A DNA stretch of 64,000 nucleotides from Dehalococcoidia bacterium. Lineage in GTDB: Bacteria; Chloroflexota; Dehalococcoidia; Lucifugimonadales; UBA3495. A program made the translations under genes and the position numbers. Shown one piece after another: positions 46,981 to 57,729 of the stretch (its first letter is position 1; each line of letters starts with the position of its first letter). The stretch is taken from NCBI GenBank assembly GCA_965197665.1, contig CBDANO010000004.1, positions 447,885 to 511,884 on the forward strand, given 5' to 3'. Under the pieces are notes generated by a model. That model saw only the letters and a list, made by a program, of their open reading frames with translations. It was not told the DNA's origin and did not search any database.

Positions 46981-48591
46981 CTAGCTGCCCAGCAGGCTCC
47001 CGCCCTGAATAAGCCGGTTGATGTCGTTGGCGCTGATTACCAAAATCGCGCTAATCAGCAGGGCGAAACCAACCAGATGGACCAGCCCTTCCTTTTCCGG
47101 AGGCACCTTCTTACCCCGCCGCAGCCACTCCAGGATTACGAAAACCAAGCGTCCGCCGTCCAACATAGGTATGGGTAGAATGTTCAGGACCGCCAAGTTG
47201 ATGCTCAACAGTACCCCTATGGCCAGCCAGCCGGTTATACCTCCCTGGCGAGTAACCTCGCCGGTAAGCTGGGCGATGCCTATGGGGCCGGAAAACTCCG
47301 GGGCTGAACCCGAAGAGACGGCGCCGGTGATAGCCTGTTTCATCAGGACCAACGATTCCCAGGTACTGACGAACCCTTGGCCCAAGGCCTCCCACGGAGG
47401 AAGGGACCGGCTCACCGTTCGATTATCGGTCAGAGTGTAGGAGGCGCCGGCGGAATATTGGGGAGCTCCCGGCTCTTGGAGCCGGGGCGTCACCGAAACG
47501 ACTTGCTCCCTTCCCTCCCGGATGACTACCCATTCCATGGGCGAGCCCCGGCCGGACTGAACGGCGCCGCTCAGATCGCCGGGCCGCTCGAGGGTCCGAC
47601 CCCCGGCTCTCAGCAGGACGTCGCCCGGACGCAGTCCCGCCTCCTGGGCCGCGGTGCCGGGTGCGACTTCCTGGACTGTGATCCCGCCCGAGCCGCGGTT
47701 ATAGCTGATGCCGACGACCCACCGGTCCGGCGGGCTTTCGAACCTGGGCGTCACCCTTATGAGTTCTTGACTCTCACCCCGCTCGATCAGCCATTCCATG
47801 GTGCCGCCGCCGTTTAGATTGATGGCGCGGGTGAGATCGATAGTATTTTCTATTCTGTTCCCGTTAGCTCGAACAACGACGTCGCCGGAGTGAAGGCCGG
47901 CGGCGGTTGCGGGAGAGTCCGGGGCCACGTCGGTGACTTGGACTTGCCCCACGGTCACGTCCCGGGGAATCATGAATAGAACGGCGAAAACCACCACGGG
48001 CAGCACCGCGTTCATCAGGGGGCCCGCCACCAACACCAAAAACCGGGTGCCGACGCCTTTACCGGCCAGACTCCGAGGGACATCCGGGTTGTTTTCGCCC
48101 GCCAACTTGACGAACCCTCCCAGCGGCGTCCAATTCAACGAATAGAGCATGTCCGCCAGGATAATCGAGCCGCCGGTAGTGTCCACGGCCCGGACCTTGC
48201 CCTCGTGCTTCAACAACCCCTCAGGCGGCGTTGGCCGGGAGGCTTCGTCGTCGGCGGACTCCGCTGCTTCATTACGTCGCCGGGGCCGCGGTACTTCGAC
48301 GAAGCGGGCTACCAGATTACCGTGGGAATCCTCGGTGGAGTAGACCTTGACCAGTTGGCCGGGCCGTAGGTCCTCGGCGCCTCCCGCGTCGATGAAGCAG
48401 GTATTAGGATCGAGCAGGACTCTGGTCTTGCCGGTGTAAACGCCCAAAGCGCGGGGAGGAAATCCCACCCCGAATTCCAGGACCTTAACGCCTAGGGCGC
48501 GGGCGGTGAGGAAGTGCCCCAGCTCGTGGACGATCACCAAGATCAACAGGAGGGGAACTAGGGTTCCGACGGCGATGAGGGCAGTTTCCAT
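46981..48591 (-). CDS. rseP: RIP metalloprotease RseP (M50) with two PDZ domains
   Basis: HELGH, PLGGFV, AGPLMN, GPIGI, NILPIPMLDGGR; context after dxr. Confidence 0.93.
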   Translation of the reverse strand: METALIAVGTLVPLLLILVIVHELGHFLTARALGVKVLEFGVGFPPRALGVYTGKTRVLLDPNTCFIDAGGAEDLRPGQLVKVYSTEDSHGNLVARFVEVPRPRRRNEAAESADDEASRPTPPEGLLKHEGKVRAVDTTGGSIILADMLYSLNWTPLGGFVKLAGENNPDVPRSLAGKGVGTRFLVLVAGPLMNAVLPVVVFAVLFMIPRDVTVGQVQVTDVAPDSPATAAGLHSGDVVVRANGNRIENTIDLTRAINLNGGGTMEWLIERGESQELIRVTPRFESPPDRWVVGISYNRGSGGITVQEVAPGTAAQEAGLRPGDVLLRAGGRTLERPGDLSGAVQSGRGSPMEWVVIREGREQVVSVTPRLQEPGAPQYSAGASYTLTDNRTVSRSLPPWEALGQGFVSTWESLVLMKQAITGAVSSGSAPEFSGPIGIAQLTGEVTRQGGITGWLAIGVLLSINLAVLNILPIPMLDGGRLVFVILEWLRRGKKVPPEKEGLVHLVGFALLISAILVISANDINRLIQGGSLLGS

Positions 48592-48612
48592 AGAGGTCCA
48601 ACCGCTGCAGGT

Positions 48613-49731
48613 CTATCGATTGGTCAACGCTTCGGCCCGGCCCACCGCCCAGCGGTCCGCCTCCAGAAACTCCGCCGCGTCATTCCCCGGCAGCGGTTCG
48701 TGTTCCGAAATCACCTGGTCCAACACCCGGTAAATGTCGGTGAACCCTATCTTTCCCTGGAGGAACGCCGCCACCGCCACTTCGTCGGCGGCACTGACCA
48801 CCGTCGGGTAGGTGCCCTCCCGTTGCGCGGCGCCAAGGGCCAAGTTGAAGCAGGGATAGCGCTCCGGTTCCATTGGCTGGAAAGTCAGCGAGTGACTAAC
48901 GCCGGTGTCCAGCTTTGGAATCATTTCGTTGAAAAGGCGTTTGGGATAGAACAGAGCATACTGGATCGGCAGGCGCATGTCCGGGGGCCCTAGCTGGGCT
49001 TTTACCGACCCATCCTCAAATTCGACCATCGAGTGGATGGTACTTTGGGGATGGACCACCACTTCTATTCTATCCCAGGGGACGTTGAACAACCAGTGAG
49101 ACTCGATCACTTCGAATGCTTTGTTCATCAGGGTCGCTGAGTCTATGGTTATCTTTTGTCCCATCCTCCAAGTCGGGTGCTGCAAAGCCCTTTCCGGTGT
49201 TACGTCTTCCAACTCCTCCAAGGGAGTGCTGCGAAAAGGGCCGCCCGAAGCGGTGATCATGAGGCGCCGGACGCGGTTGTCCTCACCTTGGAGGCACTGC
49301 CAGATGGCGCTGGGCTCGCTGTCCACCGGCAATACCGTGCCCCCATATCTGGCTTCGTAGTCCTTGATCAAAGGACCGGCCATGACGATGGGTTCCTTGT
49401 TGGATAGGGCAACCAACTTACCCTGCTTCAACGCCGCAAGGGTGGGGACCAGGCCGACGCTGCCCATGGTGGCCATCATTACTATGTCCACCTCTTCCAG
49501 GCACACCATTTCCTCCATGGGCGTAAAGGTTGCGCCATCGGGCAACGCTTCCGATGGGTCCAAACAATATATGTGCTTCGGGCTGAATTCCCGCACTTGC
49601 TCCCTGAGCAACTCCAGGTTGTTCCCCCCCGCTAGACCGAGGACCTCGAACTCTTCGGGGAACGCCCTTACTACGTCCAGAGTCTGGCGTCCGATGGAAC
49701 CCGTTGACCCGAGTACGACTAATTTTTTCAT
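48613..49731 (-). CDS. dxr: 1-deoxy-D-xylulose 5-phosphate reductoisomerase
   Basis: LGSTGSIG, LPVDSE, TASGGPF, HPTW.MG.KITIDSAT.MNK. Confidence 0.97.
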   Translation of the reverse strand: MKKLVVLGSTGSIGRQTLDVVRAFPEEFEVLGLAGGNNLELLREQVREFSPKHIYCLDPSEALPDGATFTPMEEMVCLEEVDIVMMATMGSVGLVPTLAALKQGKLVALSNKEPIVMAGPLIKDYEARYGGTVLPVDSEPSAIWQCLQGEDNRVRRLMITASGGPFRSTPLEELEDVTPERALQHPTWRMGQKITIDSATLMNKAFEVIESHWLFNVPWDRIEVVVHPQSTIHSMVEFEDGSVKAQLGPPDMRLPIQYALFYPKRLFNEMIPKLDTGVSHSLTFQPMEPERYPCFNLALGAAQREGTYPTVVSAADEVAVAAFLQGKIGFTDIYRVLDQVISEHEPLPGNDAAEFLEADRWAVGRAEALTNR

Positions 49732-49756
49732 GGCTCAAATACCGCAGCTAAAAATT

Positions 49757-50578
49757 TCATGGTTCAAATACCGTGGCTAACAAATAATACACAACCGGAA
49801 TGGAGACCAATAGGCTATCCAGCCGGTCCAACACCCCGCCGTGTCCTGGAATTATACTACTTGCGTCCTTGGCGTTGGAAAGGCGCTTGAGTTTCGATTC
49901 CAATAGGTCTCCCCATTGAGCAACCACGCCTACCGCGGCGCCTATGACCACTTGCTGCCACCGGGGCACGCCCAAGTCCAGCAGCAGTCCCAGAATTATA
50001 GCCGCTGCCACGGCGCAGGCCAGCCCCCCAAGGGACCCTTCCCAGGTCTTATTGGGGCTGACATTAGGGGCCATGGCGTGTCTTCCAAAGGCCCGCCCTA
50101 TGAGGAAGGCCCCGCTGTCGGTAGCAAAGACCGCCAAGAGAGTAAACAGGAGCCAGTCCCGGCCCAGGTTGCCCGAGTCCCCGACTTCCCGCAGCATCAA
50201 ACTATGGGCCAACAGGAACCCCACGTAGACCGGACCTGCTAGCAAGTAGAGGGAGGCGGCTAGGGCCCGGCCCCCGGAGTAGTACGCCACCAGCCAGAGC
50301 AAGCAGGCGAAGGCGCCCGCCGCCAGGATGCCGGCCGATATGACCAGGAAGCTGTGGAGGTCGGACGCCACCCAGGCCCCTAGGACCATGGCGACCGCCC
50401 AGAGCACACCTAGCGCCGTGGGAAGGGGACCGGTGTCCGGCGACAGTAAGTGGAAAAGCTCACGGATGCCGAGGGCGGCGGCTACCAGCACCAAGACGGC
50501 CAACCAGGGAGTGCCAAACCAAATGACGGCTATAATGGCAGGAACGGCCACGAGGGCAGTGAGCGTCCGCTGGAGCAA
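49757..50578 (-). CDS. cdsA: Phosphatidate cytidylyltransferase
   Basis: SPNKTWEG, GDLLES..KR...KD....PGHGGVLDRLDS. Confidence 0.95.
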   Translation of the reverse strand: MLQRTLTALVAVPAIIAVIWFGTPWLAVLVLVAAALGIRELFHLLSPDTGPLPTALGVLWAVAMVLGAWVASDLHSFLVISAGILAAGAFACLLWLVAYYSGGRALAASLYLLAGPVYVGFLLAHSLMLREVGDSGNLGRDWLLFTLLAVFATDSGAFLIGRAFGRHAMAPNVSPNKTWEGSLGGLACAVAAAIILGLLLDLGVPRWQQVVIGAAVGVVAQWGDLLESKLKRLSNAKDASSIIPGHGGVLDRLDSLLVSIPVVYYLLATVFEP

Positions 50579-50581
50579 CGC

Positions 50582-51346
50582 TCACTCCTCGGGATTTACT
50601 CTGCCGAAGCGCCTCTCCCGGTTGCTAAATGCCTCCAGGACCTGTTCCAGTTCGGCCAAGTCCAAGTCAGGCCAGAGGGTGGAGGTGTGGTAGTACTCGC
50701 TGTAGGCCGATTGCCAGAGCAAGAAGTTGCTGATTCTTAGCTCGCCGCCGGTGCGAATTATCAAGTCCGGATCGGGGGAATGGGCCGTGAACAGGTACTT
50801 GCTAAAGAGCTTCTCATTGACCTCTTCCGCCGGGACCTTGTCTCGGATGATGTGCTTCACCGCCTCTAATATTTCGTCACGACCCCCGTAATCGAAAGCC
50901 ACGTTGAGAGTGACGCCGGTATTATTACGGGTCAACCGCTGAGCCTCAGCCACCGCCTCCTGCAACATAGGGTCCAGCTTGTCCGCGCCGCCGATGTGGA
51001 CGATGTGCACGTTGTTTTCGTGCAGGGTCTGGGTCTGCTCGCGCAAAGCGCCGTGCAAAAGCTCCAGGATTCCTTTCACCTCTTGCGTTGGGCGGTTCCA
51101 GTTTTCCGTCGAGAAGGCATACAAAGTAACGTACTTAACGCCCTTGGCGCCCAGGGTGTCCAAGACGCCTTGGATGCAGTCCACACCCGCCCGGTGGCCT
51201 TCCAACCTGGGTAGTCCCCGCTTTTTAGCCCATCGCCCGTTGCCGTCCATGATGATAGCGACGTGGACCGGCACCTTGGATGTTTCGGACGGTTCGGGGC
51301 CGGATTCCGGCAGGGTATGTTTGGAAGAAGCAATCTTGACCTGCAT
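50582..51346 (-). CDS. uppS: Undecaprenyl (polyprenyl) diphosphate synthase
   Basis: HVAIIMDGNGRWA, YAFSTENWNRP, DLIIRTGGELRISNFLLWQ. Confidence 0.97.
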   Translation of the reverse strand: MQVKIASSKHTLPESGPEPSETSKVPVHVAIIMDGNGRWAKKRGLPRLEGHRAGVDCIQGVLDTLGAKGVKYVTLYAFSTENWNRPTQEVKGILELLHGALREQTQTLHENNVHIVHIGGADKLDPMLQEAVAEAQRLTRNNTGVTLNVAFDYGGRDEILEAVKHIIRDKVPAEEVNEKLFSKYLFTAHSPDPDLIIRTGGELRISNFLLWQSAYSEYYHTSTLWPDLDLAELEQVLEAFSNRERRFGRVNPEE

Positions 51347-51348
51347 GG

Positions 51349-51939
51349 TTAGACCTGCATTATCTCTGACTCTTTAGCTGCTCCTACCTGATCGATACTC
51401 TTGGTGTGTTCGTCGGTCGTTTTTTGCAGCCGTTCTTGAGCCCGCCGGTTCTCATCCTGGGAAATGACCTTATCCCGCTCCAATTTTCTCAGGGTGTCCA
51501 GGCTATCCCGCCTCACGTTTCGGACCGAGACTTTGCCGTCCTCCAGCTTCCGCTTGAGCAGGCGGACCATATCTTGACGCCGTTCCTGGTTTAGCTGGGG
51601 TATCGGTACGGTAACGATGTTCCCGTCATTCGACGGATTGAAACCCATTTCAGACTTCATCAAGCCCTTTTCGATATCCCGCAACGACGCTTTGTCCCAA
51701 GGCTGCACCTGAATGGACCGGGCATCGGGCGCGGAAATCGACGCGATTTGCTTTAACGGGGTTGGAACTCCGTAGTAGTCTACCTGAATGTTTTCGATGA
51801 GGGACGGCGTGGCCCGGCCGGTCCTCAGCGTGTTCAGGTCTCTTTTCAATGCTTCGATACACCGGTCCATCTTGCGGTTCGTCTCTTCAAGCACGGCTTG
51901 GGGAGTTAACGCCGATTCGATGTCCTTTCTAGCAGACAT
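51349..51939 (-). CDS. frr: Ribosome recycling factor
   Basis: LRTGRA.P, YYG..TPL.Q.A, NPSNDG, RNVRRD. Confidence 0.97.
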   Translation of the reverse strand: MSARKDIESALTPQAVLEETNRKMDRCIEALKRDLNTLRTGRATPSLIENIQVDYYGVPTPLKQIASISAPDARSIQVQPWDKASLRDIEKGLMKSEMGFNPSNDGNIVTVPIPQLNQERRQDMVRLLKRKLEDGKVSVRNVRRDSLDTLRKLERDKVISQDENRRAQERLQKTTDEHTKSIDQVGAAKESEIMQV

Positions 51940-51953
51940 ACTTATTACCTCCG

Positions 51954-52694
<741 letters not shown>

Positions 52695-53204
52695 TCATTC
52701 CCCCAGAGCCAGACGAGTAAACCGCAGCACTCGGACGTTTTCCCCCAGTTTGGCTGCTAGTTCCTGGATCATTTCTCCGACGGAGGTGGAGTTGTCTTTG
52801 ATGAAGGGCTGTTGCAGCAAGCTCACCTGAGCCACGGGGCGGCCGTCTCCATCCTTGATCTCGCTTTTGTCCAAATAATCGGGGGCCATCGCCGCTACTT
52901 GCATAGCAACGTCGTGGGCCAACTCTTTGAACTCGGAGGTGCGGGCGACGAAATCGGTCTCGCAACCCAACTCCACAATGGCTCCCACGCGCCCGCCGGT
53001 GTGAATGTACGCTTCGATGAGGCCCTGGTTGGTAGCCCGGTCCGCCCGTTTTGCTACTTCGGCAAACCCCTTGATCCGTAAGGCGTCGGCGGCTTTGTCC
53101 ACGTCCCCCTGACTGGCTTCCAGGGCTTCTTTGCACTCCATGATACCGGCGCCTGTCTGTTCACGCAGGGTCCGGATGAGTTCGACGGTGACCTCCAACG
53201 GCAT
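52695..53204 (-). CDS. tsf: Elongation factor Ts (short form)
   Basis: LRE.TGAGIMECK.AL, CETDFVAR, LLQQPFIKD, GENV...RF. Confidence 0.95.
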   Translation of the reverse strand: MPLEVTVELIRTLREQTGAGIMECKEALEASQGDVDKAADALRIKGFAEVAKRADRATNQGLIEAYIHTGGRVGAIVELGCETDFVARTSEFKELAHDVAMQVAAMAPDYLDKSEIKDGDGRPVAQVSLLQQPFIKDNSTSVGEMIQELAAKLGENVRVLRFTRLALGE

Positions 53205-53252
53205 TCTCCTATCTTCGGGGACCGCGTTTGGGCGGAGTTTGGCCGGCGGTCA

Positions 53253-54365
53253 CTATTTTGCTTCCTCTCCGGTACCGCCCGGCGGAGGTCCGCCGGTACC
53301 CGGCGCGTCATCCACTACCGGCTGTTCCGGCATTCGGGCTTCGGGAGGTTGCCCGACCGCTTCATCAACCCCAGCAACCCGGGGCGAGACCCCGGCAGGG
53401 GTCGTACTTTCTACTGAATCCGCCGGTGAGACCGCCGCGGCGGTCGCCGGCGCCGGGCCTTCCGTTGCTACCGGACCTGCCGCTATGGGTGGAGCGCCGC
53501 TAACGGGCCGCGCCGAGAGCAACTCTTCTTCCAGCCCCTCGAGGTCCGCCGCCGCCAACCCTTCCCCTTCGGCCGCGCCTTCCTCGTCTTCGCCAAGGCC
53601 CGCCTCCGCCCTTTCGGCCTCCAGCATCGCTTCCCGCTGAGCCAACCCTTCCATCGCCGCGGTGGCCATCCTGCCGGTGATGAGCCGGATGGAGCGGACG
53701 GCGTCGTCGTTGCCCGGAATAGTGTGGCTTACTTTTTCCGGGTCGCAGTCAGTGTCAACGATAGCGAAGATCTTCACTCCCATCCGCCGCGCCTCGGCGA
53801 TGCAAATGTCCTCTTTAGCTATGTCTATGACAAACAACGCGGCGGGGAGTTCGTTCATTTCCCGCACGCCGTGAAAGTACTTTTCCAAGCGGTTCAGGGT
53901 ATCCCGCAGCCTTACGGCCTCTTTCTTGGGCAGGACCCGGAAGTAGCCCTGATCCCTCTTTTGTTGCAACTCGATCATGTAGTTGATGCGGGTGCGGATC
54001 GTCTCGAAGTTTGTGAGGGTCCCTCCGAGCCAGCGCTGGTTCACGTACCACATTCCGCATCGCTCGGCCTCGCTGGCGATCACTTCCTGGGCCTGCCGCT
54101 TGGTGCCTACGAACAGCACCTTGCCCCCGTCGGCAACCAACTGGATCATCGCCCGGTAGGCGTCGTTGATCATGCCCAGGGTCTGCTGGAGATCGATTAT
54201 GTGGATACCGTTACGCTGGGTGAAGATGTACCGCTTCATCCGGGGGTTCCACCGACGGGTCTGATGCCCAAAGTGAACGCCCGCTTCGAGAAGGGACTTC
54301 ATCGTCAGTGGTTCTCTTATTGGCGCCGGTGCCGGCTCCGCCGGCCGCTCTAGGGACTGTACCAT
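53253..54365 (-). CDS. rpsB: 30S ribosomal protein S2 with long acidic/Pro-rich tail
   Basis: LLEAGVHFGHQT..WNP.M, VGTK.QA, RWLGGTLTN, PGNDDA.RSI. Confidence 0.97.
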   Translation of the reverse strand: MVQSLERPAEPAPAPIREPLTMKSLLEAGVHFGHQTRRWNPRMKRYIFTQRNGIHIIDLQQTLGMINDAYRAMIQLVADGGKVLFVGTKRQAQEVIASEAERCGMWYVNQRWLGGTLTNFETIRTRINYMIELQQKRDQGYFRVLPKKEAVRLRDTLNRLEKYFHGVREMNELPAALFVIDIAKEDICIAEARRMGVKIFAIVDTDCDPEKVSHTIPGNDDAVRSIRLITGRMATAAMEGLAQREAMLEAERAEAGLGEDEEGAAEGEGLAAADLEGLEEELLSARPVSGAPPIAAGPVATEGPAPATAAAVSPADSVESTTPAGVSPRVAGVDEAVGQPPEARMPEQPVVDDAPGTGGPPPGGTGEEAK

Positions 54366-54654
54366 AAGACCTGCCTTTCCATTTCACCTGCCTTGGCTAA
54401 TTGTGTTACTTCGCTTACAGAATCGCCGCGGTTCGGCGACTTCAAGTTTTTCGCCCGCCAATGCCTTGCCTTCGCTGCCGCCGCGGTGGAAACCCATATC
54501 CGAATGCCAGGCATTGACAACCAACATATGCTGAAGCGTTTCGTAGCTTCAGCGCCTATGCGGGAGTATAACACACGGGCCAAGGCCGGGCAACGCGCTC
54601 GACCGGGCTATGAATGGGCATCCGGCTATTTCACGAGGTGTTTCACCGGCTATT

Positions 54655-55131
54655 TCAAAAGAAAGCCACCCTCAACCCGTTCAGGAGAGCGGCCCCATAG
54701 AGGCCGGCCAGAAGGTCGTCGGACATTATTCCGAGACCCCCCGGCAACCTCTCCAACCGTCTAATGGGCCACGGTTTCAAGACATCCAAGACGCGGAAGC
54801 AAACAAAGGCCGCCGCCATCCAGGGGAGGGTTTTGGGCAGCAATAGGCAGGTAGCCCACATGCCCACGAACTCATCCCACACCGCCAGCTTGGGGTCGGG
54901 GTCGCTTGGCGAGGTCAGGGTGCCGGTGGCCCAGATTCCGACCAAGAACCCGCCGCCGATTAGGGCGTATAGGGCCGGCGAGTCCTCGGGAATGGGGGCG
55001 ACGAAGTAAATAGCAAGGGCTAGGAGGCTGCCCGCGGTGGCCGGGGCGACCGGCACCAGGCCTGAGCCTAAGCCGGCGCCTATGCTCCAACCGATTCGCC
55101 TCAGGACCGCCGCCGTTAGCCGGGCCGGCAC
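54655..55131 (-). CDS. pgpA: Phosphatidylglycerophosphatase A
   Basis: G.G..P.APAT.GS, DP...VWDEFVG, FR.LD..KPWPI, G.GIMSDDLLAG. Confidence 0.9.
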   Translation of the reverse strand: MPARLTAAVLRRIGWSIGAGLGSGLVPVAPATAGSLLALAIYFVAPIPEDSPALYALIGGGFLVGIWATGTLTSPSDPDPKLAVWDEFVGMWATCLLLPKTLPWMAAAFVCFRVLDVLKPWPIRRLERLPGGLGIMSDDLLAGLYGAALLNGLRVAFF

Positions 55132-55183
55132 TTAACCCGCGCCTGACCACGCCAGGACTAGACAAAAAGCTATAGCCCGCACG

Positions 55184-55549
55184 TCATCCATACCCCAGCC
55201 GGTGTAGGTCTTCTTCTTCCATGCCCAGATAGTGGCCGATCTCGTGGAAAAGGGTGAGTTGTATCTCGTGCTCCGCCTCATCGCGGGTCGAGCAGACCCG
55301 GAGTATCGGCTGCCGATAAATGACTATCCGGTCGGGGAGAACCGGCGCGCCGGCCCGTTCCGTCAGCGGCACTCCGGTATACAGCCCAAAGAGGGAGTTT
55401 TCACCCTCAGCCAGGCCCAACCCTTCCAAATCTGGCCACTCTTCGACGGCGATATCCACGTTCTGAAGGGACCTTCTTACGGCGGGAGGCACCCGGTCGT
55501 ACGCTTGCCGTACCAACCGGACGAACTCTCTTCTGGGCAAGTGAATCAA
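55184..55549 (-). CDS. Zincin-like metallopeptidase family protein
   Basis: LFGLYTGVPL, PDRIVIYR.PI, TLFHEIGHYLG. Confidence 0.88.
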   Translation of the reverse strand: MIHLPRREFVRLVRQAYDRVPPAVRRSLQNVDIAVEEWPDLEGLGLAEGENSLFGLYTGVPLTERAGAPVLPDRIVIYRQPILRVCSTRDEAEHEIQLTLFHEIGHYLGMEEEDLHRLGYG

Positions 55550-55629
55550 GGGCCGACTTTCATCTGTTTTTATGACGTTCTATCTGCCGTCAGATTCTTC
55601 TGGGCAAGTGAATCAAGGGCCGACTTTCA
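55529..55629. repeat. 34-bp perfect direct repeat flanking a 33-bp insert
   Basis: TCTTCTGGGCAAGTGAATCAAGGGCCGACTTTCA at 55529-55562 and 55596-55629. Confidence 0.92.
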
Positions 55630-56470
55630 CCCGTCCGCGGATCTTCTTCAGGGTCTCAATATTTTGGGAGTCCGGGCCTTTCCCTTCAACGCCGGGGACC
55701 TCCAGCAAGAACGGGATGTCCTGGAAGGCGGGGGTACTCATGATTGCTTCGAAGCCGTCCTCGCCTATGAACCCCTCTCCGATGTTGTCGTGGCGGTCCA
55801 CGCCGGAGCCGCAGGGCCGCTTGGAATCGTTGGCGTGGACCGCCCGCAGATTGGCCGCTCCCACGTCTCGTTCGAATTCGGAAATCATCTCCTCGATGCC
55901 TTGCTTGGTGGTCATGTCATAGCCCGCGGCGAAGCAGTGCTGGGTGTCCAGGCACACCCCAAGACTAGGATGGTCCACCGCGCGTAGAATACGCCCTAGG
56001 TCGGAGAATTTTGCTCCGATGTGCTGGCCCATTCCGGCCATGTTTTCCAGCATCAGGCACGGTCCTTCCGGCGAATGCTCCAGTACCCGCCGGATGGAAG
56101 CCACGACCTGGGGAAAGATAGCGTCAAATCCCGATCCGCCGTGGCTTCCCGGGTGAACAATGACCCCGGCCGCTTCGATGCTCGCAGCCAGACCCATGTA
56201 ATTGATCAACGACTGCACTCCCTTTTCCAGGGTATCCTCTTTGGCAGTGCCCAGGTTTATCAAATAGATGGCGTGCAGGAACACCGGCCCTATTCCGGTC
56301 TCGGCGATCCCTTGCCGGAAAGCCTCCACCTCATCCCCGGGGACCGGCTTGAAAGCCCAGCCTTGCGGCGACGAGCCAAAGATTTGAATCGTTTCGCAGC
56401 CGATCTCCTCACCCCGCCCCACGGCTTTGCTGATCCCGCCGGCGGTCGATACGTGGGCCCCAATCTTCAT
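55613..56470 (-). CDS. nfo: Endonuclease IV
   Basis: IGAHVS.AGG, HAIYLINL, HPGS, LENMAG, CLDTQH, H.NDSK, DRH..IG.G. Confidence 0.96.
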   Translation of the reverse strand: MKIGAHVSTAGGISKAVGRGEEIGCETIQIFGSSPQGWAFKPVPGDEVEAFRQGIAETGIGPVFLHAIYLINLGTAKEDTLEKGVQSLINYMGLAASIEAAGVIVHPGSHGGSGFDAIFPQVVASIRRVLEHSPEGPCLMLENMAGMGQHIGAKFSDLGRILRAVDHPSLGVCLDTQHCFAAGYDMTTKQGIEEMISEFERDVGAANLRAVHANDSKRPCGSGVDRHDNIGEGFIGEDGFEAIMSTPAFQDIPFLLEVPGVEGKGPDSQNIETLKKIRGRVKVGP

Positions 56471-56775
56471 TCCGGTTTCCTCCGAAAGCGCTGTTGTTTG
56501 GGAAGGTCCGTCGGCGAGGCTTCAGTCAAAGAAGACTGTCCATGGACCTTCCGCCCTGGCCTTTCCGAAAAAGTCCCGCTCGCATAGATTATACGCCCAA
56601 GGCTGTCGCGTATGAATGCACCCGCGAGACGCGGGCATAATGTCTAATGCGATTGCCCAGGCCGGGACCCGAAACTCTCGACACTCCACTTGACACTCGA
56701 TAGGATGGCGTGATTTGCTGTGCCTTGCCGACGAGACCGGACGTTCAAGGGCGAGTAAGTCGAAGGGGTAAGAAT

Positions 56776-57729
56776 ATGGGTGATAAATTGATCGGTATAC
56801 ACGTACGCGGGACCAAGGTGAAAGAGATCCAGGCGGCTATCGAACAGGCCGAGGAAGTCGGGATACACGCCGCGTGGATGACCACCGCAGGCGCCCAATT
56901 AGACAGCATCACAACCTTTGCCGCAGTTGCCGCTCAGACCCGGAAAATCAAGCTCGGCACTTCCATAGTGCCAACGTACCCCCGTCACCCGTTGGTGATG
57001 GTACAGCAAGCGCAGGTCGTGTCCCAGCTAGCGCCCGGCCGGTTCCGCTTGGGGATCGGCCCCAGCCACCGTCCTACGATGCGCACCATGGGCATACGGT
57101 TGGACGACCCTCTCGGTCATTTGAAAGAGTACCTACGCATTCTGAAGGCGCTCCTGCAAAACGGCAGGGCGGACCACGGCGGGGAGTTCTATCAAGCCCA
57201 CGACAGCGTCGCCGAGCCGGTGCATGTAGAGGTGATGGCTTCGGCCCTCCAGCGAGGCTCCTTTGAGCTTTGCGGCGCCGAGTCCGACGGGGCTATCAGC
57301 TGGGTATGCCCCTGGCCCTACTTGCGGGACGTGGCGCTGCCCGCGATGCAAAAGGGCGCGGAAGAGGCGGGGAGGTCGACGCCGCCGTTGATTGCCCACG
57401 TGCCGGTTTGCGTCCATGAAGATGCCGCCGAGGTCCGGGCCGCCTACCGGGAGCAGTTCGCAATATACCCCAAGCTGCCCTTCTACCGGCGCATGCTCAT
57501 CGCCTCGGGCTATCCTGAGGCCTCGGAAGCCGCTTGGAGCGACGCCATGATTGACGGGCTAGTAGTCCATGGCAACGAATCAGAAGTATCCCAGGGGCTT
57601 CAGGAGCTGCTATCCAACGGTGCCTCCGAGCTCCTGGTCTCTCCGGTACTGGCCGGTACCGACCATTCCGCGTCGATGGACCGCACCGTTAAGTTACTGG
57701 GCCGGATGGCGCAGTCAGTAGCTAAGTAA
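56776..57729 (+). CDS. LLM-class flavin-dependent oxidoreductase
   Basis: T..IKLGTSIVPTYPRHP, GRFRLGIGPSH, DGAISW. Confidence 0.88.
   Translation: MGDKLIGIHVRGTKVKEIQAAIEQAEEVGIHAAWMTTAGAQLDSITTFAAVAAQTRKIKLGTSIVPTYPRHPLVMVQQAQVVSQLAPGRFRLGIGPSHRPTMRTMGIRLDDPLGHLKEYLRILKALLQNGRADHGGEFYQAHDSVAEPVHVEVMASALQRGSFELCGAESDGAISWVCPWPYLRDVALPAMQKGAEEAGRSTPPLIAHVPVCVHEDAAEVRAAYREQFAIYPKLPFYRRMLIASGYPEASEAAWSDAMIDGLVVHGNESEVSQGLQELLSNGASELLVSPVLAGTDHSASMDRTVKLLGRMAQSVAK

Noticed and set aside
52695-53204. Truncated tsf pseudogene
   Set aside because: Short EF-Ts forms are known in several phyla; the N- and C-terminal motifs are intact and the operon context is normal
54622-54657. Degenerate 12-bp repeat CCGGCTATTTCA at the pgpA 3' end
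   Set aside because: Short, consistent with local slippage, no functional support
55529-55629. Mini-CRISPR (34-bp repeat, 33-bp spacer)
   Set aside because: Only two repeats, the repeat is coding sequence of nfo and the zincin gene, and there are no cas genes or leader in the window; treated as a duplication scar
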